Positions 50,679 through 60,333 of a stretch of DNA of 64,000 nt are shown here, piece by piece. The DNA is from Candidatus Levyibacteriota bacterium. Its GTDB lineage: Bacteria; Patescibacteriota; Microgenomatia; Levybacterales; UBA12049. Both the position numbers and the translations under genes were made by a program. The DNA lies in contig DAHWUP010000002.1 in the NCBI GenBank assembly GCA_027334565.1, positions 13,203 to 77,202 on the forward strand. Direction: 5' to 3'. Positions within the stretch are counted from its first letter, which is position 1, and every line of letters starts with the position of its first letter. The notes beneath the pieces are model-generated. The model was not told the DNA's origin. It saw nothing but the letters and a program-made list of their open reading frames with translations, and ran no database searches.

Positions 50679-51467
50679 GTGAGTAAATTCTACAAGCGGT
50701 TTGAAGCACAAATTGTAACCATAGTTTTAATTCTCATCGGCGTATTTTTATACATCAAGGTCGCCGGTCCGATCCCGTTTTTCATCAATAGCGTTCAAAC
50801 GACCAAAACGGATCTGTTTTCCTCCGACGGTGAGGGAACGGTTACAGCCGCTCCGGATACAGCGGAAATAAACCTCGGCGTTACCCAAACGGGAGCAACC
50901 GTTTCGGATGCGCAATCAAAGGCAAATTCTACGGCGAATAAAATAATAGCCGGTTTAAAAAAATTGGGGATTTTGGAGAAAGACGTCAAAACCACCAATT
51001 ATTCGATTAGTCCAAATTACCAATCGGCGGACATAAACGGACCTTTTCTTCCTACAAGAGGCGGGGGCATCACCGGTTATACGGTCACTCAAAACCTGCA
51101 GATTAAGGTAACTCCCATTGATAAGGTAAATAATGTTATCGATTCGGCCACCGCAGCAGGCGCAAACCTGGTAGGCGGAGTGAATTTCACTTTTAGTGAT
51201 AATCTGCAAAACAATTTGGAAAATGAAGCGATGCAACAGGCGGTTAATAACGCCAAGCAAAGGGCTCAAAATCTTGCGAGCGCTTCCGGAATAAATTTGG
51301 GAAGGATAGTGAACGTGGTCCAAAGCTCGAACAACCCAAGACCTATAACCTTTGGGGGCCCCGCGGTCGCTAATTCTACGGTCCAGGAGGCCGCGCCACC
51401 AACCGATGTCACACCGGGACAGAATACCGTTACCGTTGATGTAGTCCTTTACTACGAAACTTATTAG
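50679..51467 (+). CDS. SIMPL/DUF541 family periplasmic protein
   Basis: Signal anchor plus DUF541 pattern (GTVTAAPDTAEINLGV...ANKIIAGLKKLGI...NYSISP). GTG start preceded by TTGACA-N17-TAGGAT. Confidence 0.7.
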   Translation: MSKFYKRFEAQIVTIVLILIGVFLYIKVAGPIPFFINSVQTTKTDLFSSDGEGTVTAAPDTAEINLGVTQTGATVSDAQSKANSTANKIIAGLKKLGILEKDVKTTNYSISPNYQSADINGPFLPTRGGGITGYTVTQNLQIKVTPIDKVNNVIDSATAAGANLVGGVNFTFSDNLQNNLENEAMQQAVNNAKQRAQNLASASGINLGRIVNVVQSSNNPRPITFGGPAVANSTVQEAAPPTDVTPGQNTVTVDVVLYYETY

Positions 51468-52363
51468 CCTCCTGCATTCTGATTTTGAGAAGAGGACATT
51501 TTTTCCATCTTAAGTATTTCCTGTAAGCGTCCTTTTGCCAAATATTCATCGCCGGTATATATCGATAGCGAGTTCAACATCGACTCGTAGTCACTTAAAC
51601 CCCTATCACGATAAAGAACATAATTATCACTAATCATTTTGGCCGCAGCGGCGATCATTTCCCAGTCATCCTGATGACGTTGTGGCATACCTGCCAAGTC
51701 GGAAAACGGTTCGGAAGCTTTCTTGATGTATTCGGGGGTCCAGGTATCGATATTTATCTGTGCGATTCCGTAAATCGGATAGTTTTCCTTGCTGAAAGCC
51801 TTTTTACTTCTTGAGGCGTGGCTTTCCTGCTCAATGGTAACCATCAACACTTCCCAGGGAATGCCATAATACTGTGCGATCGGTTCAATGATAGGATAAT
51901 AGATCTTAACGTCTTTTAAGAGCTGTTCATTGGTTACCGCATGGAGAATTTGGGGAGCACTGTCTATCGCGGCAACGATTTCGCCCAAACGGACATCCGA
52001 GTTCAATTTGATTAGTTTTTCCGTGAATTGATTTGATGGTATTGATGTTGCAGGAGAACTTTGAGGTGATAAAGGTTTAAATTCATCCATAAATCCAGGC
52101 CCGGGACTATTGTCAAAAATTACATTCGAAGCCTCCCGGCTGTCATGGTTGAACCCCTGCATCCCGTCCGAAAGTACCGATGGAGTAGACGACTGATCAT
52201 CCAATACCTTCACAATAGGCACCCCGGCGGCGTCAATGATTTGGCTTTCAGGGCCTGCAACCAGCACGCCCGCCACCAGCAAGGCCGCTGCCTTGGAAGC
52301 TGCTCTTCTCCTTTTCAATCTGGTTTTTTCGTCTGTTTTGTTTATTGACTTATCTCTTTCCAT
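51464..52363 (-). CDS. Lysozyme-like / lytic transglycosylase (SLT)-like domain protein, membrane anchored
   Basis: N-terminal TM anchor. C-terminal region EQESHASRS...YGIAQI resembles the SLT/GEWL catalytic Glu-Ser and GLMQ-like motifs. Moderate support. Confidence 0.5.
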   Translation of the reverse strand: MERDKSINKTDEKTRLKRRRAASKAAALLVAGVLVAGPESQIIDAAGVPIVKVLDDQSSTPSVLSDGMQGFNHDSREASNVIFDNSPGPGFMDEFKPLSPQSSPATSIPSNQFTEKLIKLNSDVRLGEIVAAIDSAPQILHAVTNEQLLKDVKIYYPIIEPIAQYYGIPWEVLMVTIEQESHASRSKKAFSKENYPIYGIAQINIDTWTPEYIKKASEPFSDLAGMPQRHQDDWEMIAAAAKMISDNYVLYRDRGLSDYESMLNSLSIYTGDEYLAKGRLQEILKMEKMSSSQNQNAGG

Positions 52364-52597
52364 AATAATAAAAAGTTAATAAAGTAATTAACTAAACCTG
52401 TTTTTATTACCGCCACAAACGCAACGGGGAATGATGTTGTAAAACAATTATAGGATATCCTCATCTTCCTGTCAACCCCCTTTCAGCGATATTTTGGTTT
52501 GTTCTACGAATCAATTGAAATTTCGGCAGCTTATTTAAAAAAGATTTTAACTTATGCATTCTGAAATCGAGGGCCGTAAGGAGTATCCCACTGAATT

Positions 52598-53530
52598 TTA
52601 TTTATTTCCGCTGTGGAAATTGTGATGGACATCGCGAAGCTGTTTATTGGTGATATGTGTGTAGATCTGGGTGGTGGCAATATTTTTATGTCCGAGCATC
52701 TCCTGTACCGAACGAAGATCCGCACCGTTGGTCAAAAGGTCGGTCGCGAAACTATGCCTTAGCGTATGGACCGTGGCATCAACCGGAATTCGGGCCAACC
52801 GTACATATTTTTTGACGATCCGTTCGACACTCCTCGGCGTTAATCTCATTTTTTCCCCTCCGTCATCTTCGTTAACCGCACCCGAATACCTTATAAACAA
52901 CGGTTTAAATACGTCCTCGCGTTTGTCGAGGTACCGTTTTACCCAATCGGCGGCTCTGTCGGAAATAAATACGATCCTGGCTCTTCCGCCTTTTCCAATC
53001 ACTCCGAACTCGCGTCTGACTAAGTTTATCTGGTCTTGGTTAAGTTTTATCAACTCGGATACCCTTAACCCGGTCGAGAACAACAACTCCAGAATGGCCC
53101 TGTCCCTTAAACCTTCCTCTTTGGAGGTATCACAAACCGTTACCAGACGGTCTATCTGATCCTTTTCCAAAAACTTTAACGACCTTGATTCGGTTTTGGG
53201 TAAATCAATTTTTGAGGGCTCCAGAGTTTTAAAATCGTTTTTGATCAAAAAGCGTAAGAATGACCTTAGGGCTATCACGTAATAGTTCTGTGTCACTCTT
53301 TTTATCGGCTGATTTTTTTCGTCGGTTTTGTTGGCCAAAAAAACGCGATATTTTCGCACGGTGGCAAGATCCAATTCCTCGATATTTTTTTGGGGAAGGG
53401 TAGAGGTAAGCCACCGGTTGAAAACTTCAAGATAATGCCTGTAATCCCGCAGGGTCAACTTGCTGCAGTTTTTTTCAATCTCAAGATATTCCAAGAACTG
53501 ATCGATTAGTCCTGACAATTCTTCATTCAT
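52598..53530 (-). CDS. Tyrosine recombinase, XerC/XerD family
   Basis: C-terminal HTLRHSFATDLL...GH...Y catalytic RHRHY motif and an N-terminal SAM-like core-binding domain. Start set at MNEELSG (53530). Confidence 0.85.
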   Translation of the reverse strand: MNEELSGLIDQFLEYLEIEKNCSKLTLRDYRHYLEVFNRWLTSTLPQKNIEELDLATVRKYRVFLANKTDEKNQPIKRVTQNYYVIALRSFLRFLIKNDFKTLEPSKIDLPKTESRSLKFLEKDQIDRLVTVCDTSKEEGLRDRAILELLFSTGLRVSELIKLNQDQINLVRREFGVIGKGGRARIVFISDRAADWVKRYLDKREDVFKPLFIRYSGAVNEDDGGEKMRLTPRSVERIVKKYVRLARIPVDATVHTLRHSFATDLLTNGADLRSVQEMLGHKNIATTQIYTHITNKQLRDVHHNFHSGNK

Positions 53531-53560
53531 TGTGCGACGTAATAATATTATGCGACGTAT
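53531..53560. repeat. dif-like recombination site candidate / direct repeat doublet (tgcgacgta x2 around palindrome ataatattat), immediately 5' of the recombinase gene
   Basis: tgtgcgacgtaataatattatgcgacgtat. GTGCG and TTATG are in the same register as E. coli dif (GGTGCGCATAATGTATATTATGTTAAAT). Confidence 0.45.
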
Positions 53561-53615
53561 AGATTTGCCTGTCAAGGTTGACAGAAAGCCCAAAAATCAG
53601 GCATACTGAAATATA

Positions 53616-55142
53616 ATGCGGGATAAATATATCGAATTAATCATCGATTACATCAAAGAACGTCCGGACTACGAACATGCTTTGGACGAGATCAAAAAGG
53701 AGGTTCTGGCACTTGGAGCGACGGAGAACGAATTCGACGAAGCTATGAACCGGATTACCGGCTACGCACCTTCCGATAAGTCACGGGGAGCGGCAGATTT
53801 CATCAGCCAAAACACCGTCCAGCCGGAATTTAAATCCTCAAACCGGGAAAAACTGGTTGAAAAAATTACGGATTTTGTCGATAAGGCGAAAATAATCAGA
53901 CCGACACGGAAATCCGTCGCGGTACTGGCTGTGATATTAATTCTGGTGGTAGGACTAACACAGCTTTTAAAATTCAATAATAATCCTCCAAGCGCGGCCG
54001 TAACCGAAAACCTACCTCAAGTTAGCAGAAGCGAACAGACTCTGGTCCCGGTCGTTTACGCCAGTTCCTTACCGGTCGATGCCGGCAAGATCTTTTCGGT
54101 TCCGTCTCCTTCAAAAATTCAGTTGACCGTAACCGGAAAACCCAAAAAAACTATTTTCGGTTTTTTCCCGTATTGGATGATGGGTGAAGCCGATAATATC
54201 ACCCTGAATACGCTTACCGATGTCAGCATTTTCGGACTTGAAACCGACCAAAACGGAAATATCATGACCGGGGGAAACGACGAAGCGGGCGGCGGCTGGC
54301 AGATGTGGACAGACCCTCTTTTGGACAGATTCATCTCGAGGGCACGGTCATACGGCATTAAAATCAGCCTGACTATCAAGTCATTCAATAATGGCAATAT
54401 TGCAGCTGTTGTAACCTCCGACAACGCCCAAAAAAACCTCATCGCGAATATCCTATATCTTGTGAATTCCAAAAATCTTGACGGGGTCAATATCGATTTT
54501 GAGTACGTCGGAAATCCAAGCCAGACGGTAACGGACGGTTTTACGAGATTTATCACCAACCTGAATACGGAACTTAAGCGGCAAAATCCCAATTCGATAC
54601 TTACTATCGATACTTATCTTGCGTCAGGTTCCGATGACGGACTCTTTGACCTGCCGGCACTGGCTCTTCAAAGTGACGCTTTTATCATCATGGGTTATGA
54701 TATGCATACACCAAAGGGCGATCCCGGACCCGTTTCGGCAATGGGCGGCGATTCCAATATCATCGGCTACGTACAAAATTATCTGGAAAAGGTCAGTCCG
54801 TCAAAGATTATTTTGGCCGTACCATATTACGGTTATGATTGGCCGCAAAACGGAACCAATGACCCCAGCAATGTAAAGATACTGCCATACGCTCTAATCG
54901 CCGACCAGAGCAAGAACCTACAGCTAAATTGGGATACTACCTCCGAAACCCCTTCATTTACCTACAAGGACAGCTCAGGAAACCCCAGAATCGTATATTT
55001 TGACAACGTCAGATCTTTGGGAATTAAATACGATTTTATCAACGAGAAAAACCTAAAAGGCGTCGGAATCTGGGCACTTGGCTACGACGGCAACAATCAG
55101 GACCTTCAGAAACTGTTAATTGATAAATTTATTAACCAATGA
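53616..55142 (+). CDS. Glycoside hydrolase family 18 domain protein (chitinase-like), membrane anchored
   Basis: TM anchor plus GH18 TIM-barrel motifs (GFFPYW..., LDGVNIDFEYVG = DGxDxDxE variant with Asn at D2, and YYGYDW). Confidence 0.7.
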   Translation: MRDKYIELIIDYIKERPDYEHALDEIKKEVLALGATENEFDEAMNRITGYAPSDKSRGAADFISQNTVQPEFKSSNREKLVEKITDFVDKAKIIRPTRKSVAVLAVILILVVGLTQLLKFNNNPPSAAVTENLPQVSRSEQTLVPVVYASSLPVDAGKIFSVPSPSKIQLTVTGKPKKTIFGFFPYWMMGEADNITLNTLTDVSIFGLETDQNGNIMTGGNDEAGGGWQMWTDPLLDRFISRARSYGIKISLTIKSFNNGNIAAVVTSDNAQKNLIANILYLVNSKNLDGVNIDFEYVGNPSQTVTDGFTRFITNLNTELKRQNPNSILTIDTYLASGSDDGLFDLPALALQSDAFIIMGYDMHTPKGDPGPVSAMGGDSNIIGYVQNYLEKVSPSKIILAVPYYGYDWPQNGTNDPSNVKILPYALIADQSKNLQLNWDTTSETPSFTYKDSSGNPRIVYFDNVRSLGIKYDFINEKNLKGVGIWALGYDGNNQDLQKLLIDKFINQ

Positions 55143-55187
55143 ACAACAATTGACAATAAACAAACGACAATGCTAAGCTAATAAATT

Positions 55188-55859
55188 ATGAGTGACAGAG
55201 ATCAAGAAAATATGCGCCCATCACGGTTGGACACCTTAACCGAGAATTCGGCCGATACCAGAAGATCGGCAGGGTCAGGAATGTTGACCAGAAGAAGAGC
55301 GCTGGCAGGAGCTATTTTAGTGCCAGCCATCGCTTTAGCCGCTACATCCGGACCGGAGTTCGTAAATTCTATCACGAAACCTTTTTCACCGGAAAATTCC
55401 CGCGCCAATTACGTGACGACCGTCGACCAGGATGCCATTATAAGACTTGGGCTTGATGCCAGTAACCACTACGGAGCACTTATTTTCCCCGGCGGTCTTG
55501 ACCAGAACTTGATGGCTGTCTCCGAACAAGGCGGAATCGAAGGAAACCAGATTAAAAGCATAGAGGGAAAACCAGTATTGCCGGGAGCGACGGCCTTTGA
55601 GGTTAAAAACCCCGGTGCCAACGATGAAGGCCAGATGCCGCTTATCGTTACCTTTGAAGACAGCGGCAAAGTCCTGCCTGCCGTTCTGGAGCCGTTATTT
55701 CCCACCAACGGTGAATTGATCCAGCAAGGCAACATTAGAACCGTTAACGGAAGTGTAGAAAGAAATGCACAGGGTCAAAGAACCGAAACCGGAACCGGTT
55801 TGACCGTCGATCAGATCAGTTTCATAACCAGTACCGCATCTCCCTCCGAAACCCATTAA
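55188..55859 (+). CDS. Hypothetical secreted protein with Tat-like signal (TRRRALAGAILVPAIALAA)
   Basis: S/T-R-R-x-[AFL] motif followed by a hydrophobic h-region and AxA. Confidence 0.4.
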   Translation: MSDRDQENMRPSRLDTLTENSADTRRSAGSGMLTRRRALAGAILVPAIALAATSGPEFVNSITKPFSPENSRANYVTTVDQDAIIRLGLDASNHYGALIFPGGLDQNLMAVSEQGGIEGNQIKSIEGKPVLPGATAFEVKNPGANDEGQMPLIVTFEDSGKVLPAVLEPLFPTNGELIQQGNIRTVNGSVERNAQGQRTETGTGLTVDQISFITSTASPSETH

Positions 55860-56094
55860 AACAAACAATTATCTAACATTTTAACGACCAATTTGGAAAT
55901 TAATGAATTTAGCTTCAAATAGCCTCAAAAATATAAATTATAAATCCCATAGTAGGGGAGTGACAAAAAATCTCTATACCAACTTGAAAAATGGTGTAAT
56001 TAACTAAGCCGGAGTAGAAAGTTTAAGAAATAACAAATATATGAACAAAAAATAGTCAGATTTAAGGTCCTTCCCCCAAGCTTTGAAGCTGGCT

Positions 56095-56126
56095 GGCGTC
56101 GTAAAAGTATTATTGTGCGACGTAAT
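56095..56126. repeat. Second copy of recombinase-adjacent repeat (shares 15-mer attgtgcgacgtaat with 53529-53545)
   Basis: ggcgtcgtaaaagtattattgtgcgacgtaat. The left arm and start of the spacer are identical to the site at 53531; the right arm diverges. Confidence 0.45.
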
Positions 56127-56802
56127 CAATTTCTCTTTCCTGCTGCCATAAGGCAACCAAAAATCCGTAGTCATAAGCGTTGCGCCTTAGGGGAAAGAAG
56201 ACTTAATGCCTGTCTGAAAGCCCGTTACTCTTTTAAACGGTTAAATCAAATGTTTTATTTTATTATTTACCTTAGCGTACCTTTTAAGCAACCCCTACCC
56301 CCGGGATCGGATACTTGTGCCATGTTTAGACTGCCAATACAATCTAATCTCACGAATTTAGCCTCAAAAACGTATATTTTAGCAACCACATTTTCCCGGA
56401 GTATCGAGACCATTCGATCAGATGGCATTCGAGTTTTTTTCGTATAAGTCACAAATATTTATGTCTTCGGTAATTAAACAGGAGAGCATTACTTCCTCCA
56501 TCCGTGAAAAGTCGGCCAAAAAACCCGTGAAAACACACGTAAGTTTTCCACATTGAAGATAAATATATCCTATAATTGTTAATTTATGTCTATATCAAAC
56601 TATATCACTATTTTCTACTTCAAACTGTATCAACCCCTGACTTTATCCGCTACTCCACTTCCCTGTTACAACGATGCCAAGAATAATTTTTCAGGATAAA
56701 CAACAATTTATTAAGATAAATTGTACCGGCATTTATTGGTATTTGAGGCCAAACTATAGATGATCTTATCCAATAATGCCGCGCTTCCCCAGAGCCAGTG
56801 CG

Positions 56803-57642
56803 CTAAACCCAGTTGGTGAACAAAATTAAAAAAATAAAAGAAATTACGGTCAGCCAAAAATACTCAAGCAACACACTCCTAAACAATCGCTTCTCAAACC
56901 AAGCCTGGGTAACCCCGGTAAAAACATAAAAGGTTGAGGTCAGAAATAATGCGGAAACCGTAGGTGAACTTGGACCAAACCATAAAAATAAGGCCACCTC
57001 CAAAAGGCAAGTACTTAGTCCCAAGATCCAGAAGACGTTCGCATGAATTCTTCTATCAAGAGTGTAAACCCAAATAGCTTGCATGACCATCAAAAAAGTG
57101 TATACAAAAATTAATCCTAAAGTTATAAAAACATTGATATGAAAGGAAAAAACAACGTTGGAAATAAAGAAGAACGACAATAGCGACAAAACAAAAGACA
57201 CGGTACGCGCGCTGGACAAAAGCTGTATAGTCCGAATGGCAGAAACCGTAAAAATGTTCTGACTTAAGAAAATCGAATAAAGGCCCAACGCATACAAACT
57301 GGTCATCCCTACCCTGGTAATAAATCTTGCCGGAACCAATAAATAAAACAGGCCGAAACTAAGGGTGTACATAAAAGGTAGAATAAAAACCTGTGGCGTA
57401 AAATTACCCTTCAGATCGGATCGTAAAGAAAAGAATAAAAGTATATCGGTCAAAAACGCCAGGCCTATTACGGTATAAATACCCGACCTTCCCAAGAGAT
57501 ATTCGGCAACGAATAGACCTAAAGACAATAACAATACCGAGAAAATAAACCTTTGTCTTTTACTGATTAGATTTTTGCCGATAAAATTTTTGACTCTTTT
57601 TTTAGAATTACCGACACGTCTGATATTTTTGAAAGTAACCAT
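56803..57642 (-). CDS. Hypothetical polytopic membrane protein
   Basis: About 8 TM helices. Start set at internal ATG 57642 abutting the yebC stop; ORF-track start 57738 would overlap yebC by 95 nt. Confidence 0.45.
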   Translation of the reverse strand: MVTFKNIRRVGNSKKRVKNFIGKNLISKRQRFIFSVLLLSLGLFVAEYLLGRSGIYTVIGLAFLTDILLFFSLRSDLKGNFTPQVFILPFMYTLSFGLFYLLVPARFITRVGMTSLYALGLYSIFLSQNIFTVSAIRTIQLLSSARTVSFVLSLLSFFFISNVVFSFHINVFITLGLIFVYTFLMVMQAIWVYTLDRRIHANVFWILGLSTCLLEVALFLWFGPSSPTVSALFLTSTFYVFTGVTQAWFEKRLFRSVLLEYFWLTVISFIFLILFTNWV

Positions 57643-57643
57643 G

Positions 57644-58366
57644 CTACCCAAGGTTAGTGTAAACTTTCTGCACGTCGTCCATTTCTTCCAAGGCAGATAT
57701 AAAACTATCGATCTTAGAAAGTTTTTCGTGATCGTCAACCGAAACCGTAACCACCGGTTCTCTGATTAAATCTGCTTCTGCAATCTCCAGCCCCTTTGCG
57801 GATAGCGCGTCTTTTATTTTCGAAAGGTCCGACATGGTCGTATAAACAAATACCTCATCCCCTACTTCCTCGATGTCTTCAGCCTGATTATCCAAAGCGA
57901 TCGCAAAAATATCATCAAAAGTATTTGTCCCCTTTTTTACAATGATCCTGCCGATATGTTTAAACTGGTACGAAACCGAACCGGGTTGACCAAAAGAAGC
58001 ATTGGATTTGCTGAAAACATTTTTTACTTCGGAAGTAGTACGCATAGGATTATCGGTTGCTGCCTCAACTATTACCGAAACCCCGCCGGGAGCGAAACCT
58101 TCATAAGTTACTTCGCTTAACTCCCCCGCCGTTTTCTCCGACGCTCTCTTAATTGCCCTCTCGATGTTCTCCTTAGGCATATTTGCAGCTCTAGCCGCAT
58201 CCATGGCAAGTCTTAACCTGAAGTTCGAATTCGGGTCACCGACTCCCCCGCCCTGTTTCACAGCGATAGTGATGGCATTGCCGAGCTTGGTAAAAGTTTT
58301 ACCTCTTTTTTGATCGTTAATGCCCTTTTGTCTTTTAATTTGAGCCCATTTTGAATGTCCAGACAT
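57644..58366 (-). CDS. yebC: YebC/PmpR family transcriptional regulator
   Basis: MSGHSKWAQIKRQKG N-terminus is diagnostic. Confidence 0.9.
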   Translation of the reverse strand: MSGHSKWAQIKRQKGINDQKRGKTFTKLGNAITIAVKQGGGVGDPNSNFRLRLAMDAARAANMPKENIERAIKRASEKTAGELSEVTYEGFAPGGVSVIVEAATDNPMRTTSEVKNVFSKSNASFGQPGSVSYQFKHIGRIIVKKGTNTFDDIFAIALDNQAEDIEEVGDEVFVYTTMSDLSKIKDALSAKGLEIAEADLIREPVVTVSVDDHEKLSKIDSFISALEEMDDVQKVYTNLG

Positions 58367-58490
58367 ATAAAAAACCCTAAATTACCAATAAAAACCCGTT
58401 TTTCAATACGAGCACAGTCCATTATACCTTTTCTGTATTGACTTTTGCAATAAAATTATTGTAGAATTCTCAAAAGTTATTATCATAAAA

Positions 58491-59201
58491 ATGACGTTAA
58501 AAACTCAGGCAATTCAAACCGCTTTAAAAGGCAACTGGGAAGAAGCAATTTCGCTAAACAAGTCTCTCATCGACGAAGACCCACAAGATATAGACGCTTT
58601 AAACAGACTGGCACTGGCCTACACTATCACCGGTAACGCAAAAGAAGCGAAATCTTTATACCTTAAGGTGATCGGACTTGATCCTCTAAATGCGATCGCA
58701 CTAAGAAATTTAAGAAAGTTCAAAGAAAAGACTTCTACGCCATCCAACGGATACGCACTTAAACTTATCAATAATAAATTTTTGGAGGAACCGGGAAAAA
58801 CAAAGGTTGTAGAGTTGGTAAATATTGCGCAACCGCATATTACTGAAAATTTAAGAACCGGACAGTCACTTGAACTGTCCATTAAAAGGTTAAAAATCTT
58901 TGTTTCGGAGGATAAACAGTATGTTGGCAGTCTTCCCGACGACATCGCAAGAAGATTGATCAAATTTATTAAGGCAGGAAGCGTTTACGATGCATATGTT
59001 AAATCCGCCAGCGCACATAAAGTCTCCATTTTTATAAAAGAGCTGAAAAAAGCGTCAAGATATAAGGACCAGCCTTCCTTTACGACTCTTTCCGAAAGTC
59101 ATCTGGAATTTGACAAAAACAGTAAAATAAAATCAAGGGTCGAACAGCAGCTCGAGAAAGAAGAGGAACAGGAAGATCCCGCCTTTCAAGAAGAAGAGTG
59201 A
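58491..59201 (+). CDS. TPR-repeat protein
   Basis: Two to three TPR-like repeats (ALNRLALAYTITGNAKEAKSLYLKVIGLDPLNAIALRNL), acidic C-terminus. Confidence 0.55.
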   Translation: MTLKTQAIQTALKGNWEEAISLNKSLIDEDPQDIDALNRLALAYTITGNAKEAKSLYLKVIGLDPLNAIALRNLRKFKEKTSTPSNGYALKLINNKFLEEPGKTKVVELVNIAQPHITENLRTGQSLELSIKRLKIFVSEDKQYVGSLPDDIARRLIKFIKAGSVYDAYVKSASAHKVSIFIKELKKASRYKDQPSFTTLSESHLEFDKNSKIKSRVEQQLEKEEEQEDPAFQEEE

Positions 59202-59335
59202 GAAATAATCTTACTTTTGTCTAAGCCCCTTTTTACGTTCTTGACCGAAGGTTTCTCATTCAATTTTCTCGCAGATCTTATTGCGAGTAAAAACGAAAAC
59301 GCCAATAACAAAACGGTTATATCCAAAAACATATT

Positions 59336-60124
59336 TTACAAGCTGTTGTCAAAATCCTTTCCGATTACTATTATAACATCTGCTATCCCCCGGCTATCGG
59401 TCTTCTCGACCGGTAAATTAAAGTACGAACTGAGTCTTTGTACCGTATAAGACATTTTTCCGGTATAGATAATCTTCGACATATTCTCGGGTCGGTCGCT
59501 ATTGGTGATAAGTATCGGATTACCTCCGATATTGGATACGAATGCGGCAAATCTGGCACCCAGGCCATTGATATCCGTTGCATTTACCACCTGAATGCTC
59601 AGGTTTTCATCATAAATTGCCGGATCGGTAAATGTAAGTGAGATTAGGGTATTTTTTTGCGAATCGCTTAAGTTGTCGGAATATTCCCTCTGATAAAGCG
59701 AATCGGGAGTAACCGTCCTTGTAAACAGCGCCAGCCTGAGTAAGTCCAAGAAGGTCAACTTTTGTACTGTTTGACCCAATGGTAATTCGGATCTAAATAA
59801 CAGCATAGATAGGTTGTTAACATTTAAATTACCTCTAACTGTTATTTCGCCATCCACGGGTACCTCCAAAGATTTTGCCGGATCTTGATATGTCGTATCT
59901 AATTTTAATTCCGAAATGGAATGCGTCGAAGGAGAAAACGATACGATATCCTGTTCGTTTTTACCCGTAAGCAGGACATTGAATTTATGAGCTCCGTCGA
60001 ACCTGCTTTCCCTTATCACGAAAATGAATTTGATTACGAACGATAAGAATACCAATCCTAAAACAACGGCAATAAATATTCCTGCCAGACGAAGGTTTCC
60101 TTCTTTTATTTTCCTCTTGGGCAT
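59336..60124 (-). CDS. LytR_C (LytR cell-envelope-associated C-terminal) domain membrane protein
   Basis: N-terminal TM anchor. C-terminal IQVVNATDINGLGARFAAFVSNIGGNPILITN resembles LytR_C. Confidence 0.5.
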   Translation of the reverse strand: MPKRKIKEGNLRLAGIFIAVVLGLVFLSFVIKFIFVIRESRFDGAHKFNVLLTGKNEQDIVSFSPSTHSISELKLDTTYQDPAKSLEVPVDGEITVRGNLNVNNLSMLLFRSELPLGQTVQKLTFLDLLRLALFTRTVTPDSLYQREYSDNLSDSQKNTLISLTFTDPAIYDENLSIQVVNATDINGLGARFAAFVSNIGGNPILITNSDRPENMSKIIYTGKMSYTVQRLSSYFNLPVEKTDSRGIADVIIVIGKDFDNSL

Positions 60125-60333
60125 ATGGTTTAGTAGTCTTTTTTCTTTTTTGATACCAATTCTGGCATGGAAAAAACCGGAGCGTTTCCGATGCTCGCTT
60201 TATTTTGTCTGTCTTTCTTGGGTTTTTTCTTGTCTCCTTTATAATATCCGCCGAAACTTCCCATAAAATCACCTCCGCTGACCTAAATATCGTATCAGGT
60301 AATTAAACTTAAAATCAAGCCCGTATAGCGTTT

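Noticed and set aside
55860-56802. Attempt to place tmRNA, RNase P RNA, SRP RNA or a tRNA in the long non-coding stretch (and other intergenic regions)
   Set aside because: No GGTTCGA(A/T)TCC T-arm, no RNase P P4 (AGGAAAGTCCGGGCTCC / ACAGAACCCGGCTTA), no SRP GGAAGGAAGCAGC motif and no terminal CCA tRNA-like domain could be found by eye. A covariance-model search is needed; absence is not proven.
60125-60272. Possible 5' extension of the LytR_C gene or a small Lys-rich ORF (59985..60272)
   Set aside because: An in-frame TAA about 50 nt upstream of MPKRK terminates the extension. The 95-aa overlapping ORF is Lys/Arg-rich low complexity produced by the A-rich promoter region.
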